Under the pieces are notes generated by a model that worked only from the letters and a program-made list of their open reading frames with translations, had not been told where the DNA came from and ran no database searches. Position numbers and translations under genes: made by a program. A stretch of 64,000 nt of DNA from sequence record MK295205; one strand, 5' to 3'. Source of the DNA: Shigella phage vB_SflM_004. Below are positions 1-9,949 of the stretch, in pieces (the stretch's first letter is position 1; the number at the start of each line of letters is the position of its first letter).

Positions 1-119
1 GCTGAAGGTGACTTTTACCGTTGCTACGATGCAGATTTAAAAGGTGTAACACCTAGAGGGAAAGTCCTGCAAAGACTTGTTGACCTTGAGTGGAATAAAC
101 GATTGAGAGAGGTTGGAAA

Positions 120-623
120 ATGATTTACGAAGAAAGATACAAGATAGATTATCAGGATACCCGTCATCACACTTCTTTGAGAGTAACCAAACCAAATGGG
201 GATACTGGTATCATAGCACATTTTGGTGGTGATTATTGGTACGGTACAGGTTGCTTTGAAGGCTACACTCAAGAATACTTGAAAGCCTTCTACAGAGACT
301 TTACAAACGACTACAACAGAGTTGTTGACGAAAAGAATAAGTGCATTAAGCATGAACACCATGCCAGAGGCTGCCTAAGTATTGTTATGGTACTGGCGTT
401 CTTCTTAGCAATGTTACTGGCAGTATCAGCAATTAGCTGCATAGCTCAAGATTTGACAATTACACAGATTACTTCAAAGATACATGATATCTGGTACTTG
501 TATGCTGTTCCTTTAGCTGGTATTATCATCTCACTAATGAGGTTCAGAGTTCATAAGAAACGACTTAAGGACTCTGAAGTTAAACTTGAAGAGGTAAGTA
601 AAGAATGCAACCTACAATTATAG
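120..623 (+). CDS. hypothetical membrane protein
   Basis: 167-aa ORF; hydrophobic stretch LSIVMVLAFFLAMLLAVSAISCIA consistent with a TM helix; no catalytic motif recognised. Confidence 0.4.
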   Translation: MIYEERYKIDYQDTRHHTSLRVTKPNGDTGIIAHFGGDYWYGTGCFEGYTQEYLKAFYRDFTNDYNRVVDEKNKCIKHEHHARGCLSIVMVLAFFLAMLLAVSAISCIAQDLTITQITSKIHDIWYLYAVPLAGIIISLMRFRVHKKRLKDSEVKLEEVSKECNLQL

Positions 624-1007
624 CTGTATGTGTTCGTTTTGCAATCGCTGAAATGATTAACAAGGCAATCTTAAAAGATGCCTATGGAGAGACTAAGTAA
701 TGATTAAGACACCTGTACCAATTTTTGGATTCCCTTCTATAGAAGAGTTCAAAGTTTATCTTGACAAAAACTTCTACAACGAGCAGCCTGTTACTTTGCT
801 GAAACCACTCACTTCTGTGAAGGTTTTTATCGGAGAGTGACTTATCAGAGCTTCTTGATATGGTTATTAAGGCAACTTCTGAGAAGGAGCCTGAACAGAA
901 AGCTGAGAAGAAGACTAGTAAGAAATCTGATAAGAAGACTGAAAAGTCTGAGTAATAACTTAGGGGTTACTTGATAGCCCCTTTGTAGAAACTTAGAAGG
1001 TAGCGAA

Positions 1008-1430
1008 ATGAAAGAGCTTATTGGTAAAAGATTGACAGTTTACTGCTCTAAAACAAAGAAACCACTCACTTCTGTGAAGGTTTTTGATGTTGACACCACT
1101 GGTGTAGAGTACCCAATCCAATGCACAATAATTACTCCATTCAATGCAGATGATATGGATTTTAAAGAGTGTGAAGTGATATCTTTTAATGCTGATGGGT
1201 ATTGGAGAGGTAAGTTAAACAAGCAATCAAAAGATTTTGATATGCAAATCCTTATCAATGAAGGCTATATCTGTGTAAAAGATATCCTCGTAGAAGCCTA
1301 TGAAGAGGGTATAATAGATGTTGTGCATGATGTTGAAAAAGCTTTAAAGCTTGTTATGCCACATTTAGAATCTGGAAAGCTGACTTTAGAGATGCTTAAT
1401 AGGGTTATTCGGAGAGCTTATGAAAATTAA
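1008..1430 (+). CDS. hypothetical protein, present only in copy 1 of the duplication
   Basis: 140-aa ORF using the duplicated leader/RBS (gaaggtagcgaaATG); shares a 28-nt stretch encoding KPLTSVKVF with an upstream mini-ORF at ~808-835. Confidence 0.45.
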   Translation: MKELIGKRLTVYCSKTKKPLTSVKVFDVDTTGVEYPIQCTIITPFNADDMDFKECEVISFNADGYWRGKLNKQSKDFDMQILINEGYICVKDILVEAYEEGIIDVVHDVEKALKLVMPHLESGKLTLEMLNRVIRRAYEN

Positions 1431-1884
1431 AGAAACAGTTCGAAAAGCAATGCTTGATAACTCAACTAAAGATGAAATGTACAAAGAAATTTGTGATAAG
1501 TTGAATTGCTCAAGACATGCTGCTAAGGTTCTTGTACATTGTTTTATCTGGGAATGCTCAGAAGCTTATATGCAGTACGTAGCGTTTGAGAGTTCTCACT
1601 TACTAGGTGATGTAGAAACTGGTGAGAAGCTAAAAGAACCTGAGATGAAAACAGTCCCTAAAGTTGGTAATGTATACCCTCTTAAAGATTTCAAGACTGG
1701 AAAGATTGTTGCAAAAGGTGTAGTAGAATCTGTTTATCACGATGGTAAATACTTACTTAAAATATTTGAGTATGATAGCCACTACACACACTTGTGTGGG
1801 ATTACATTCTTAGTAACAGAAGAAGACCTCATTAAGAACAACGGCAACAAGTTTGCGGTTCCAGCTTACCAAGTTTTACGATAA
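1420..1884 (+). CDS. hypothetical protein, paralog A copy 1
   Basis: 154-aa ORF, about 90% identical to ORF 2846-3310; Cys-rich HCFIWECSEAYMQ motif. Confidence 0.55.
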   Translation: MKIKETVRKAMLDNSTKDEMYKEICDKLNCSRHAAKVLVHCFIWECSEAYMQYVAFESSHLLGDVETGEKLKEPEMKTVPKVGNVYPLKDFKTGKIVAKGVVESVYHDGKYLLKIFEYDSHYTHLCGITFLVTEEDLIKNNGNKFAVPAYQVLR

Positions 1885-1897
1885 TGGTGTGATAGCT

Positions 1898-2446
1898 ATG
1901 GAAAAAGATAACTTAAAAGAAGTTGAAGGTAACTATCTAGTCCTTGATTGGAGTGATGCTCAAGAAGCACTCTCTGAAGAAAGTCTTGACAGATTAAAAC
2001 AGATTGTTTTTGCAGTACGGGGTTACAGAGAAGTTAAAAATGGTAAAGACCCACTTGAAGGAGTCTTTGTAGAGAAATCTTATCCGTTCTATGAAGACAC
2101 TTTGCAGAAAGTTAAGATGTACTTTAGACAGAAGAACCGTAAAGTGGTCACTATGGTCTCTCTTGGTGGACAGAGTATGTCTGTGATGGAAGATATCAAC
2201 CCTAAGAGACCGAGTAAAGGTGTTTGTATAAAAATCACAGGTCATGAAGAGTATATCTCAGTGGATGACTTTAGAGCATTCTGTAGTGGTTCTTGTGTCT
2301 TTAATGGTTTTCACTATGATATCCGAGTGTACCCAATCAAGGGAGATGATATCATGATGCAGGTATTTGATAACAACAATGGATTTACTCATTTTTATCA
2401 GACAACCAAGTCATCACTGAAGACAGTTCTGGAAACACTGATTTAA
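1898..2446 (+). CDS. hypothetical protein, paralog B copy 1
   Basis: ORF 1853-2446 begins on a TTG; first ATG at 1898 (MEKDNLKEV); paralog of 3324-3872. Confidence 0.5.
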   Translation: MEKDNLKEVEGNYLVLDWSDAQEALSEESLDRLKQIVFAVRGYREVKNGKDPLEGVFVEKSYPFYEDTLQKVKMYFRQKNRKVVTMVSLGGQSMSVMEDINPKRPSKGVCIKITGHEEYISVDDFRAFCSGSCVFNGFHYDIRVYPIKGDDIMMQVFDNNNGFTHFYQTTKSSLKTVLETLI

Positions 2447-2466
2447 AATATCTCAAGAGCCTCCTT

Positions 2467-2498
2467 AATTGGGGGCTTTTTAATTTTTATAAAATTTA
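2467..2498 (+). terminator. rho-independent terminator
   Basis: GC stem GAGCCTCC/GGGGGCTT followed by a T-run directly after the stop of ORF 1898-2446. Confidence 0.5.
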
Positions 2499-2845
2499 TC
2501 GGTTGTCCCAACCTCTGGGTCACCACCATATGTGAATAAAATATCTATCCTTCTTAACAACCTTCTTAATCTTACTCTCTATATAGTTATATAGTACTAT
2601 ATAGTATCTTAGTAACTATCTAGTGGTCTTAATAGCGACTCTGTATAGTCCTTCTAAACACTCTTCTAACTGAGTGACTTATCAGAGCTTCTTGATATGG
2701 TTATTAAGGCAACTTCTGAGAAGGAGCCTGAACAGAAAGCTGAGAAGAAGACTAGTAAGAAATCCGATAAGAAGACTGAAAAGTCTGAATAATAACTTGA
2801 GGGGTTACTTGATAGCCCCTTTGTAGAAACTTAGAAGGTAGCGAA

Positions 2846-3310
2846 ATGAAAATTAAAGAAGTCGTTCAAAAAGCCATGCTTAACAATTCAACTAAACATG
2901 AAATGTACATAGAGATTTGTGATAAGTTGAATTGTACAAGACATGCTGCTAAGGTTCTTGTACATTGTTTTATCTGGGAATGCTCAGAGGCTTATATGCA
3001 ACATGTAGCTTTTGAAAGTTCTAACTTACTAGGTGATGTAGAAGCTGGTGAGAAACTAAAAGAACCTGAGATGAAAACAGTTCCTAAAGTTGGTAATGTA
3101 TACCGCCTTAAAGACTTCAAGACTGGAAAGATTGTTGCAAAAGGTGTAGTAGAATCTGTTTACCATGATGGTAAATACTTACTTAAAATATTTGAGTATG
3201 ATAGCAGATATACACACTTGTGTGGTCTTACATTCTTAGTAACAGAAGAAGACCTCATTAAGAACAACAACAACAAGTTTGCAGTACCAGATTACCAAGT
3301 TTTACGATAA
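2846..3310 (+). CDS. hypothetical protein, paralog A copy 2
   Basis: 154-aa ORF; paralog of 1420-1884; preceded by the duplicated leader and RBS. Confidence 0.55.
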   Translation: MKIKEVVQKAMLNNSTKHEMYIEICDKLNCTRHAAKVLVHCFIWECSEAYMQHVAFESSNLLGDVEAGEKLKEPEMKTVPKVGNVYRLKDFKTGKIVAKGVVESVYHDGKYLLKIFEYDSRYTHLCGLTFLVTEEDLIKNNNNKFAVPDYQVLR

Positions 3311-3323
3311 TGGTGTGATAGAT

Positions 3324-3872
3324 ATGGAAAAAGATAACTTAAAAGAAGTTGAAGGTAACTATCTAGTACTTGATTGGAATGATATTCGGGAAGCACTCTC
3401 CGAAGAAAATCTTGACTGGTTCGAACAAATTATCTTTGCAGTACGGCATAACAGAGAAGTTGAAAATGGTAAAGAGCCACTTGAAGGAATCTTTGTAGAA
3501 AGGTCTTATCCGTTCTATGAAGACACTTTACAGAAAGTTAAGATGTACTTTAGACAGAAGAACCGTAAAGTGGTCACTATGGTATCTCTTGGTGGACAGA
3601 GCATGTCTGTGATGGAAGATATCAACCCTAAGAGACCAAGTAAAGGTATCTGTATAAAAATCACAGGGCATGAAGAGTATATCTCAGTGGATGACTTTAG
3701 TGCATTCTGTAATGGTTCTGCTGTATTTAATGGGTTTCACTATGATATCCGAGTGTATCCAATCAAGGGAGATGATATCATGATGCAGGTATTCGATAAC
3801 AACAATGGGTTTACTCATTTTTATCAGACAACCAAGTCATCACTGAAGACAGTTCTGGAAACACTGATTTAA
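3324..3872 (+). CDS. hypothetical protein, paralog B copy 2
   Basis: ORF 3279-3872 begins on a TTG; first ATG at 3324; paralog of 1898-2446. Confidence 0.5.
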   Translation: MEKDNLKEVEGNYLVLDWNDIREALSEENLDWFEQIIFAVRHNREVENGKEPLEGIFVERSYPFYEDTLQKVKMYFRQKNRKVVTMVSLGGQSMSVMEDINPKRPSKGICIKITGHEEYISVDDFSAFCNGSAVFNGFHYDIRVYPIKGDDIMMQVFDNNNGFTHFYQTTKSSLKTVLETLI

Positions 3873-3882
3873 AATATCTTAA

Positions 3883-3914
3883 GAGCCTCCTTAATTGGGG
3901 GCTTTTTAATTTTT
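3883..3914 (+). terminator. rho-independent terminator, duplicate of the one at 2467
   Basis: Same GC hairpin plus T-run after the stop of ORF 3324-3872. Confidence 0.5.
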
Positions 3915-3929
3915 ATAAAATTTTATCGG

Positions 3930-5990
3930 TTGTCCCAACCTCTGGGTCACCATCATATGTGAATAAAATATCTATCCTTCTTAACAACCTTCTTAAGCTT
4001 ACTCTCTATATATAGTTATATAGTACTATATAGTATCTTAGTATCTATCTAGTGGTCTTAATAGCCCCTCTGTATAGTCCTTCTAAATATCTTAATAGCG
4101 TGGGCCCTCTAAATAGCCCTCTAAATAGCCCTCTAACAAGCCTTCTTAACAACCTATACAATCACCTTAACCATCTCTCTATAGCCTCTTAGAAGCCCCT
4201 ATACACCTCTTAATCTCTAGAAAGCCTTCTTAACAACCTATACAATCACCTTAACCATACCTCTACACCCTCTTAGAAGCTCCTATACACCTCTTAATCT
4301 CTATGTTACCTATGTTACCCTCTATAGGTGTTCACTAGGTATTACTAAGCCTCTATATAGAATATACACACTTGTGTGGTCTTACATTCATTGTTTTATC
4401 TGGGAATCTGTTTTAACAAACTTAACAGGAATATCTTTACAGACCTTATCTCACAAGGTCTAACACGGTACTAACAAGGTATCTTATAAGCCTGTTTATG
4501 CCTGTATTTTTAGAAGACTGTCTAGGTAATTATTCAGAATTTTAAAATTTTTATAAAATAGGACTATCAAGTCATTTTTTAGGGTCTTTGAAGGAACTCA
4601 AAAATATCTGTAGAAGATGTATATCTGCTTGGTAGCCCTTAACATCCCTGTAACATCTCCTTTGCAGAATTTTAAAAACCTAGAGGGAAAGTCCTGCAAA
4701 GACTTGTTGACCTTGAGTGGAATAAACATGCCTGTATATCCTTAACAATCTCTTAACAGTTACTACATCCTCTTAACATCTCTTCAGAGGTCTTAACAGA
4801 TTCTTAACAGAACTAACAAGGGCTTAACAATTTCTTAACAGTTGATACATGGTCTTTATAGTTCCCTATGTCAAATCTATCCTTAACAATCTCTTAACAG
4901 TTACTACATCCTCTTAACATCTCTTCAGAGGTCTTAACAGATTCTTAACAGAACTAACAAGGGCTTAACAGTTTCTTAACAGTTGCTACATGGTCTTTAC
5001 AGAGTTTTTATAAAATTTTATCGGGGTCTTAACAGATGACTAACAAGAGCTAACAAGTTAATTTTTAAGAGTTATTTTGTTAAGATAATTAACAAGTTCC
5101 TAACAAGTGTCTAATCTTTTTAACAAGCTATTAACACGGTCACTATCTCTTTTCTTATCGTTCCCTCTCTTTCTTAGTGATTCTCTAAATAGCCCTCTTA
5201 AAAGCTCTCTATAGCTCTTTGTAAGCTCTTTTAAGTCTCTTCCTAGTAATTACACCCCAACTGTACAGATACCTCTTTATAAGGCTTTACGGCTGTGTGG
5301 CAATATTCCTTGAACCATAGTCAAAAGGTCACAGAAGCTTTAAAGGCTATGTCAAAGACTCTTACAAGGCTTTTACGTGGTCTTAACAGAGATTTAACAA
5401 GGGGCTAACAAGTTGCTAACAAGTGCCTTATTCTTCTTATGCTGAAACTGCACATAAGATGGTTATAAGAAATTGTTAAGAAAATGTTAAGGGGGCTAGC
5501 ATTTACGTAACTTTATAGCCTCTTTTACGTAACTTTATAGCCTCTTTCACGTAACTTTGAAGCCCCTATAACATACTTTTAAGGCACTAACAAGCCCTTT
5601 TCAGATATTCACAAGATAACTAACGAGATGATAAAGCTTATACCCTTATAAGATTCTTTTAAGGCTATAGGAAGCTCTATAAAGGGCTTTTAAGGGTGAG
5701 TTAATGCAATCCCTTAAGTTAGGTTGATAAGGCTGTTATAGAGCTTTATAGAGCGTTTAAACGGTTGCCCTTCCCTTTCGGGTTATGGGCTTTTATTTAA
5801 GTTGATTTGATAAGAGGTTATAGAGTAGACTATAGAGTTATTGTTTTTAAGGTATGAGATAGATTCTATTGAATCAGGAGGATAGATTCTGGAAAGGAAA
5901 GGGAAAGGGTTGTATAGAGGCTATTACATAGACGTAAAAAAGCCCCATTTAAGGGGCTGTAAAGGTATCTGGGGCTATTTAGCCCCGTTG
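3930..5990. repeat. gene-free repeat-dense region (iteron-like direct repeats)
   Basis: About 2 kb with no ORF of 60 aa or more on either strand; dense cttaacag/ctaacaag motifs; ~80-bp unit repeated at ~4141 and ~4221; tacgtaactttatagcctctt x3 at ~5500-5570; copy of window nt 24-72 at ~4681-4729. Confidence 0.7.
4740..5000. repeat. near-perfect tandem direct repeat, ~117 bp x2 with a 141-bp period
   Basis: ccttaacaatctcttaacagttactacatcctcttaacatctcttcagaggtcttaacagattcttaacagaactaacaagggcttaaca... occurs twice in tandem. Confidence 0.8.
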
Positions 5991-5996
5991 CGTCGA

Positions 5997-6245
5997 TTAG
6001 TTGTAACCTTGTTTATTGTAGTACAGTGAGATAATCAAGTCACCCCAGTAATGATAGTGATGCTCGTCGTTTAATGCCTCTTTTACAGCGTCTTTCCAGA
6101 AGTCATCAGTAGGGTTATAATCTGGGATAACTTGCTTGATAACTGTCTTCACTAATGAAAAGCATTCATCAGTTCCACCAATATCAAATTTAACGTCCAG
6201 AGTATAACAGCCATAAGCATTGATAGTTGCGCGGATAGTTGCCAT
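5997..6245 (-). CDS. hypothetical early protein
   Basis: 82-aa ORF; ATG preceded by ggagattcgaaa RBS inside a family-1 intergenic element. Confidence 0.5.
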   Translation of the reverse strand: MATIRATINAYGCYTLDVKFDIGGTDECFSLVKTVIKQVIPDYNPTDDFWKDAVKEALNDEHHYHYWGDLIISLYYNKQGYN

Positions 6246-6313
6246 TTTCGAATCTCCTAGTTTAAGGACTTTATTTAGTGGGGAAGGTCATTCCCTCCCC
6301 GTTGATTAGTAAT
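6246..6313 (-). promoter_or_regulatory. intergenic hairpin+RBS element, family 1
   Basis: GGGGAAGGtcattCCCTCCCC hairpin followed on the minus strand by ctaaactggagattc and the next ATG. Confidence 0.5.
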
Positions 6314-6577
6314 TTACTGCATGTTGGCGTATGTTGCAAGCCTTTTTTCGTTGTATTTTGTCAGAATCTCACAAGATAAAACATCATATTTTGTAACCGC
6401 TTTGCCTTTGTCGAGGTCAAAGAATCCAAATGATTTACCATCTTTGAATCCGACAACTTCGTAAGATTCTTTAATGATTTCACCATTGAACAAATCACTT
6501 TCGATACGGTGGAATAGTGCTACATCCTCTTTGTCGGTTGCAATTTGTAAAAGTGTGTTCAGTTCGACGTGTTCCAT
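6314..6577 (-). CDS. hypothetical early protein
   Basis: 87-aa ORF; ATG with GGAG RBS from a family-1 element. Confidence 0.5.
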   Translation of the reverse strand: MEHVELNTLLQIATDKEDVALFHRIESDLFNGEIIKESYEVVGFKDGKSFGFFDLDKGKAVTKYDVLSCEILTKYNEKRLATYANMQ

Positions 6578-6638
6578 TTTGAATCTCCAGTTTAGGATTT
6601 TATTTAGTGGGGGAGGTCATCCCCCGTTGATTGACAAT
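6578..6638 (-). promoter_or_regulatory. intergenic hairpin+RBS element, family 1
   Basis: GGGGGAGGtcatCCCCC hairpin variant. Confidence 0.5.
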
Positions 6639-6959
6639 TTACAGACTTTTGATTGTCTCGTCAATATCTTTTTCAATTTCTCTTAAAGTTTTTTCTAAGT
6701 TCTTGATATTCAGCATTAACCCCTCTCCCAGTGTCTTAGCGTAACCATTTGGGCGATGGTCATAAAGCTCGATTTCTTCCACTTCGTAAAGGCTGACATT
6801 GAAGCCCCCTACCCCGTAGGCTGTGGATGAAGTGCCTTCCGGTGCTTTGTAGTACTTATTGAGATTCTTTAAAGAGCGCTCGTAAGCCATACGATAACCG
6901 TTTAACACTGTTTTAGTTGCCTTAATAGCAATCTCGTACACCTTCACACTGTACCGCAT
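6639..6959 (-). CDS. hypothetical early protein
   Basis: 106-aa ORF; weak RBS; alternative ATG at 6890; overlaps the upstream gene end. Confidence 0.4.
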   Translation of the reverse strand: MRYSVKVYEIAIKATKTVLNGYRMAYERSLKNLNKYYKAPEGTSSTAYGVGGFNVSLYEVEEIELYDHRPNGYAKTLGEGLMLNIKNLEKTLREIEKDIDETIKSL

Positions 6960-7179
6960 ACTTTTCTAAGAACAGCGGGAGGAGTTCCGCTACCGCTTGC
7001 ATGAAGTTCGATACTACAACGGTAGAAACATTACGACGATGAACGTAATAAGCCCCGTTTTCTGATTTAGTGATAGTTGCGAAATGTTCACCATTGCAAC
7101 GGAATTCATAGGTATCTTTTACAGGCTTGGACATTACATGATTTGAACGAATGTAGTTGATAGCTTGAAACTTGTTCAT
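6922..7179 (-). CDS. hypothetical early protein
   Basis: 85-aa ORF; ggagattctaaaATG start. Confidence 0.5.
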   Translation of the reverse strand: MNKFQAINYIRSNHVMSKPVKDTYEFRCNGEHFATITKSENGAYYVHRRNVSTVVVSNFMQAVAELLPLFLEKYAVQCEGVRDCY

Positions 7180-7256
7180 TTTAGAATCTCCAGTTTAGGA
7201 TTTTATTTAGTGGGGGAGGTCATCCCCCGTTGATTAGTAATTTACTTGTTTTAATT
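7180..7256 (-). promoter_or_regulatory. intergenic hairpin+RBS element, family 1
   Basis: Same consensus as 6246-6313. Confidence 0.5.
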
Positions 7257-7529
7257 TTCACCAATGATGAGCATTGCTAATGGCAACACAACAGAAACAA
7301 TCATACCGCAAAGGATAGGGTTTTTAATGATATCTAACATTTAGTGATTCTCCAGTTTAGGAAGTTGCCTTTTGAAGATACTATATAGATGTCTTTGCAA
7401 GCAATTTTTTAAGTTTATCTATAAAGAATCTTTTAAGTTAATCCCTTTTAGATAAACCCCCTCGAACAAAGTTACCAATGTCAAGGGGAGTTGTCAATAC
7501 TTTTTTAAAAGTTTTTTGTAAGTTCTTGA

Positions 7530-7871
7530 TTAACTGATGAATATTTTTTCAGGTTTTACATAGCTGATACGCTGGCTTTTTAGCAGGTCATCCCAGATTA
7601 ACGCGGCAATATGAGAATAGCCGGATTCACGTAAAAGCTTCATTGTTTTACTTCTCGTTTCAAAACGGCTTGCATAGTACTCACTATTCAGTGTCGTTTT
7701 ATTCCCTTCGTTATCTGTATGGATGATTTGCATCACTTGAAAGGGGCTTACATCCTCGCCTTTGTTCCACTGCTCAAAGTATTTTAGGCACTGCATAGGT
7801 GACATCTTATCACTGACTTGAGTTGACCAAGATGAATCTTCTTTATTGGTAATTACAGTTACATAAGCCAT
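7530..7871 (-). CDS. hypothetical early protein
   Basis: ORF 7530-7955 trimmed to the ATG at 7871 (MAYVTVITNK), which follows the element-type RBS cctaaacttgagaatctgaaa. Confidence 0.5.
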   Translation of the reverse strand: MAYVTVITNKEDSSWSTQVSDKMSPMQCLKYFEQWNKGEDVSPFQVMQIIHTDNEGNKTTLNSEYYASRFETRSKTMKLLRESGYSHIAALIWDDLLKSQRISYVKPEKIFIS

Positions 7872-8381
7872 TTTCAGATTCTCAAGTTTAGGATTATTGG
7901 TAAAGCTCTTTGTTAGGGTCTCAGAATAATAGCACCCGGGCCACATGTAGAGCACTTTAATAAACTCTAGCCATCAGTTTATTTACTGCCATAAATGTAT
8001 TATCTTTGCAGTGTAGACGACAGCTCTTCTATAAGAAAAGAAATTCTCCGTTGGATGCTATTTCTAGGCCTATCCTTGAGGCTTCCATGTTAAGGTTACA
8101 CTCTACACCTTTTAAACACCACAAGGTAGAAAGTTTTTGCATCAGTGATAACATTTTAGATTCTCCAGTTTACCCCATGTAAAGCACTTTATTAGTTATT
8201 TGTAGTAATAATATGTAAACTCATTTATCAGGAGCTAGAATTTCATCAATCAACTTTTTAGCGTCATCATTGGGAATTCTAACTTCCAGCCTCATCATTA
8301 TACTGCTTATGACTAGCCAGATAACCGCCATTCTGTGACATTAGGAGGTTGTAGATGCGTACAACTAACACCTGAGTATTT

Positions 8382-8460
8382 ATTAATCTCCAGTTTAGGA
8401 TTTTATTTAGTGGGGAGGCTATCCCTCCCCGTTGATTAGTAATTTACAGACTTTTATCAG
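8382..8460 (-). promoter_or_regulatory. intergenic hairpin+RBS element, family 1
   Basis: GGGGAGGctatCCCTCCCC hairpin copy. Confidence 0.5.
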
Positions 8461-8466
8461 GCTTGT

Positions 8467-8700
8467 CTAGTCTTTTTCAATGATAATTTCATACTGACCA
8501 TCAACACTATCAAAATAGACGCCGTCTTCATCTTCTGTCTTAAAGTAGCATTGTATGTCATCACTGGCGGGGTAGTCTTGTCTTGCTATCTGGCAAACTT
8601 GAATAGCATTTTCTTTACTTCCTGTGAACTCTTCAAGCCCTTTAAAATCGCATGAATGGCCGTTACAAATGGAAAGGATGAGATAAATGGTTGTAAGCAT
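8467..8700 (-). CDS. hypothetical small protein with hydrophobic N-terminus
   Basis: 77 aa; MLTTIYLILSICNGHSC looks like a signal peptide or TM segment. Confidence 0.45.
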   Translation of the reverse strand: MLTTIYLILSICNGHSCDFKGLEEFTGSKENAIQVCQIARQDYPASDDIQCYFKTEDEDGVYFDSVDGQYEIIIEKD

Positions 8701-8763
8701 GGTTTAAGCCCTCTAAATGGCCCTGTATGGGCCTTAAGTTGGAAGTTGGTGTCTTTGTATTGA

Positions 8764-9327
8764 TTAACCTAAAAAGTCGCTTAGATTGCGTTCTGTGATG
8801 TTTGCCGTGATTTTATCCAGCAAGTCACAAAACACGGAACTATCACCGCTATTCTGTACAATTTTCGCCATACTTAACAAATCATCGTCAACATAGCCTA
8901 AATTGCGGTTAGTTGCATCTGGTACAAAGAAAGGTGCATACATCGCACTAAATTTCGTTGAGTGTATGCTAACAATCCAATTTTTATCAAAGTATCCGGT
9001 AAAGCTGGCAATTTCGCTCATGTTGTCACAAGAATAATCATCCTCTAGCTCTTCCTCTGGGATATCCATTTCAATAACAATCACTTCCTGCGTCTCCATT
9101 TGGAAAGCTGCCGTGATAAGCCCAGACTCTAAAGCGCTTTGAATGCAGCGTTCACGGATGTAAGAATCTTCCTCATCTTCCAGACATTCCGTTTTGATAA
9201 CCTTGTTCATTGGGTAAACGTAGAAACAATCGTCCATGTAGGAGCAGTTCCAGATTCCTTCCGGCTTGTCGCCACCATTCAGCAGGTTTACAAAGTTTTT
9301 GAGGGTAGTTCCGTGATAGCATTTCAT
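8764..9327 (-). CDS. hypothetical early protein
   Basis: 187-aa ORF; canonical ggagattcaaaaATG start. Confidence 0.5.
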   Translation of the reverse strand: MKCYHGTTLKNFVNLLNGGDKPEGIWNCSYMDDCFYVYPMNKVIKTECLEDEEDSYIRERCIQSALESGLITAAFQMETQEVIVIEMDIPEEELEDDYSCDNMSEIASFTGYFDKNWIVSIHSTKFSAMYAPFFVPDATNRNLGYVDDDLLSMAKIVQNSGDSSVFCDLLDKITANITERNLSDFLG

Positions 9328-9412
9328 TTTTGAATCTCCAGTTTAGGATTTAGTGGTAAAGCTCTTTATCTGGGGCTTACTTTATCGAACTATAAGCCCC
9401 TTGTAAAGTACT
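9328..9412 (-). promoter_or_regulatory. intergenic hairpin+RBS element, family 2
   Basis: GGGGCTTActttatcgaactaTAAGCCCC hairpin plus taaactggagattc RBS. Confidence 0.5.
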
Positions 9413-9661
9413 TTATTTAACTTTTTTTGAGAAAATTAGTTTAACTGCAACCGTAGGAATCTCGTCAGCGGTTGTAACCCGCATTACTTTTTGAGTGACC
9501 AACTTATAGCCGTTCTTTGCAGCGTATGCGGTAAAACGGTTAACGTTGTAACTATAAGTTTTTGGTGTGTTATCTGGCATGTGGTAAAGAAAAGGTTTAC
9601 CCAAATTTTCTTCTTGTGTCAACAGTCGGCAGGTATCAGGGATATTGAAATAGTTCATCAT
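9413..9661 (-). CDS. hypothetical early protein
   Basis: 82-aa ORF with ATGATG start after a family-2 element. Confidence 0.5.
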   Translation of the reverse strand: MMNYFNIPDTCRLLTQEENLGKPFLYHMPDNTPKTYSYNVNRFTAYAAKNGYKLVTQKVMRVTTADEIPTVAVKLIFSKKVK

Positions 9662-9751
9662 TTTTGAATCTCCTAGTTTAAGGATTATGTAAAGCTCTTT
9701 ATCTGGGGCTTACTGTACAGACTTATAAGCCCCTTGTAAAGTACTTTTTAT
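9662..9751 (-). promoter_or_regulatory. intergenic hairpin+RBS element, family 2
   Basis: GGGGCTTA...TAAGCCCC hairpin copy. Confidence 0.5.
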
Positions 9752-9949
9752 TTAATTTTTGACAACTTTTAAAACTGCAAGATAACCTAAGCAATAAGAG
9801 TCACCGAAGAGAGTCCTACCCATGAAAGAATCCTCTTTGATATCCTTTGCAGTGACAGTTTTTTCTACGCCGTGGGAAAGGACTACATCACCAACTTTGA
9901 TATCTTTGATGTGTGTTGTTTCAATGGTTAAGCCGTTAATAATAGCCAT
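9752..9949 (-). CDS. hypothetical early protein
   Basis: 65-aa ORF; element RBS. Confidence 0.45.
   Translation of the reverse strand: MAIINGLTIETTHIKDIKVGDVVLSHGVEKTVTAKDIKEDSFMGRTLFGDSYCLGYLAVLKVVKN

Larger units (their letters stand above)
800..3930 (+). repeat. tandem segmental duplication, ~1.4 kb unit x2 (leader mini-ORF, hairpin/RBS, paralogous gene pair, terminator, AT-rich palindrome)
   Basis: Near-identical leaders at ~840-1000 and ~2680-2840; paralogous ORF pairs 1420-2446 and 2846-3872; identical terminators; copy 1 carries an extra 140-aa ORF. Confidence 0.7.

Noticed and set aside
24-362. Minus-strand ORF 24-362 at the window start
   Set aside because: Overlaps plus-strand gene 120-623 and a repeated leader sequence; no RBS; hydrophobic nonsense-like translation.
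3930-5990. tRNA genes in the large non-coding regions
   Set aside because: No T-arm GTTCGAATC-type motif in a cloverleaf context was found by eye in 3.9-6.0 kb or 50.0-52.3 kb; tRNAscan-type analysis is still required to exclude them formally.
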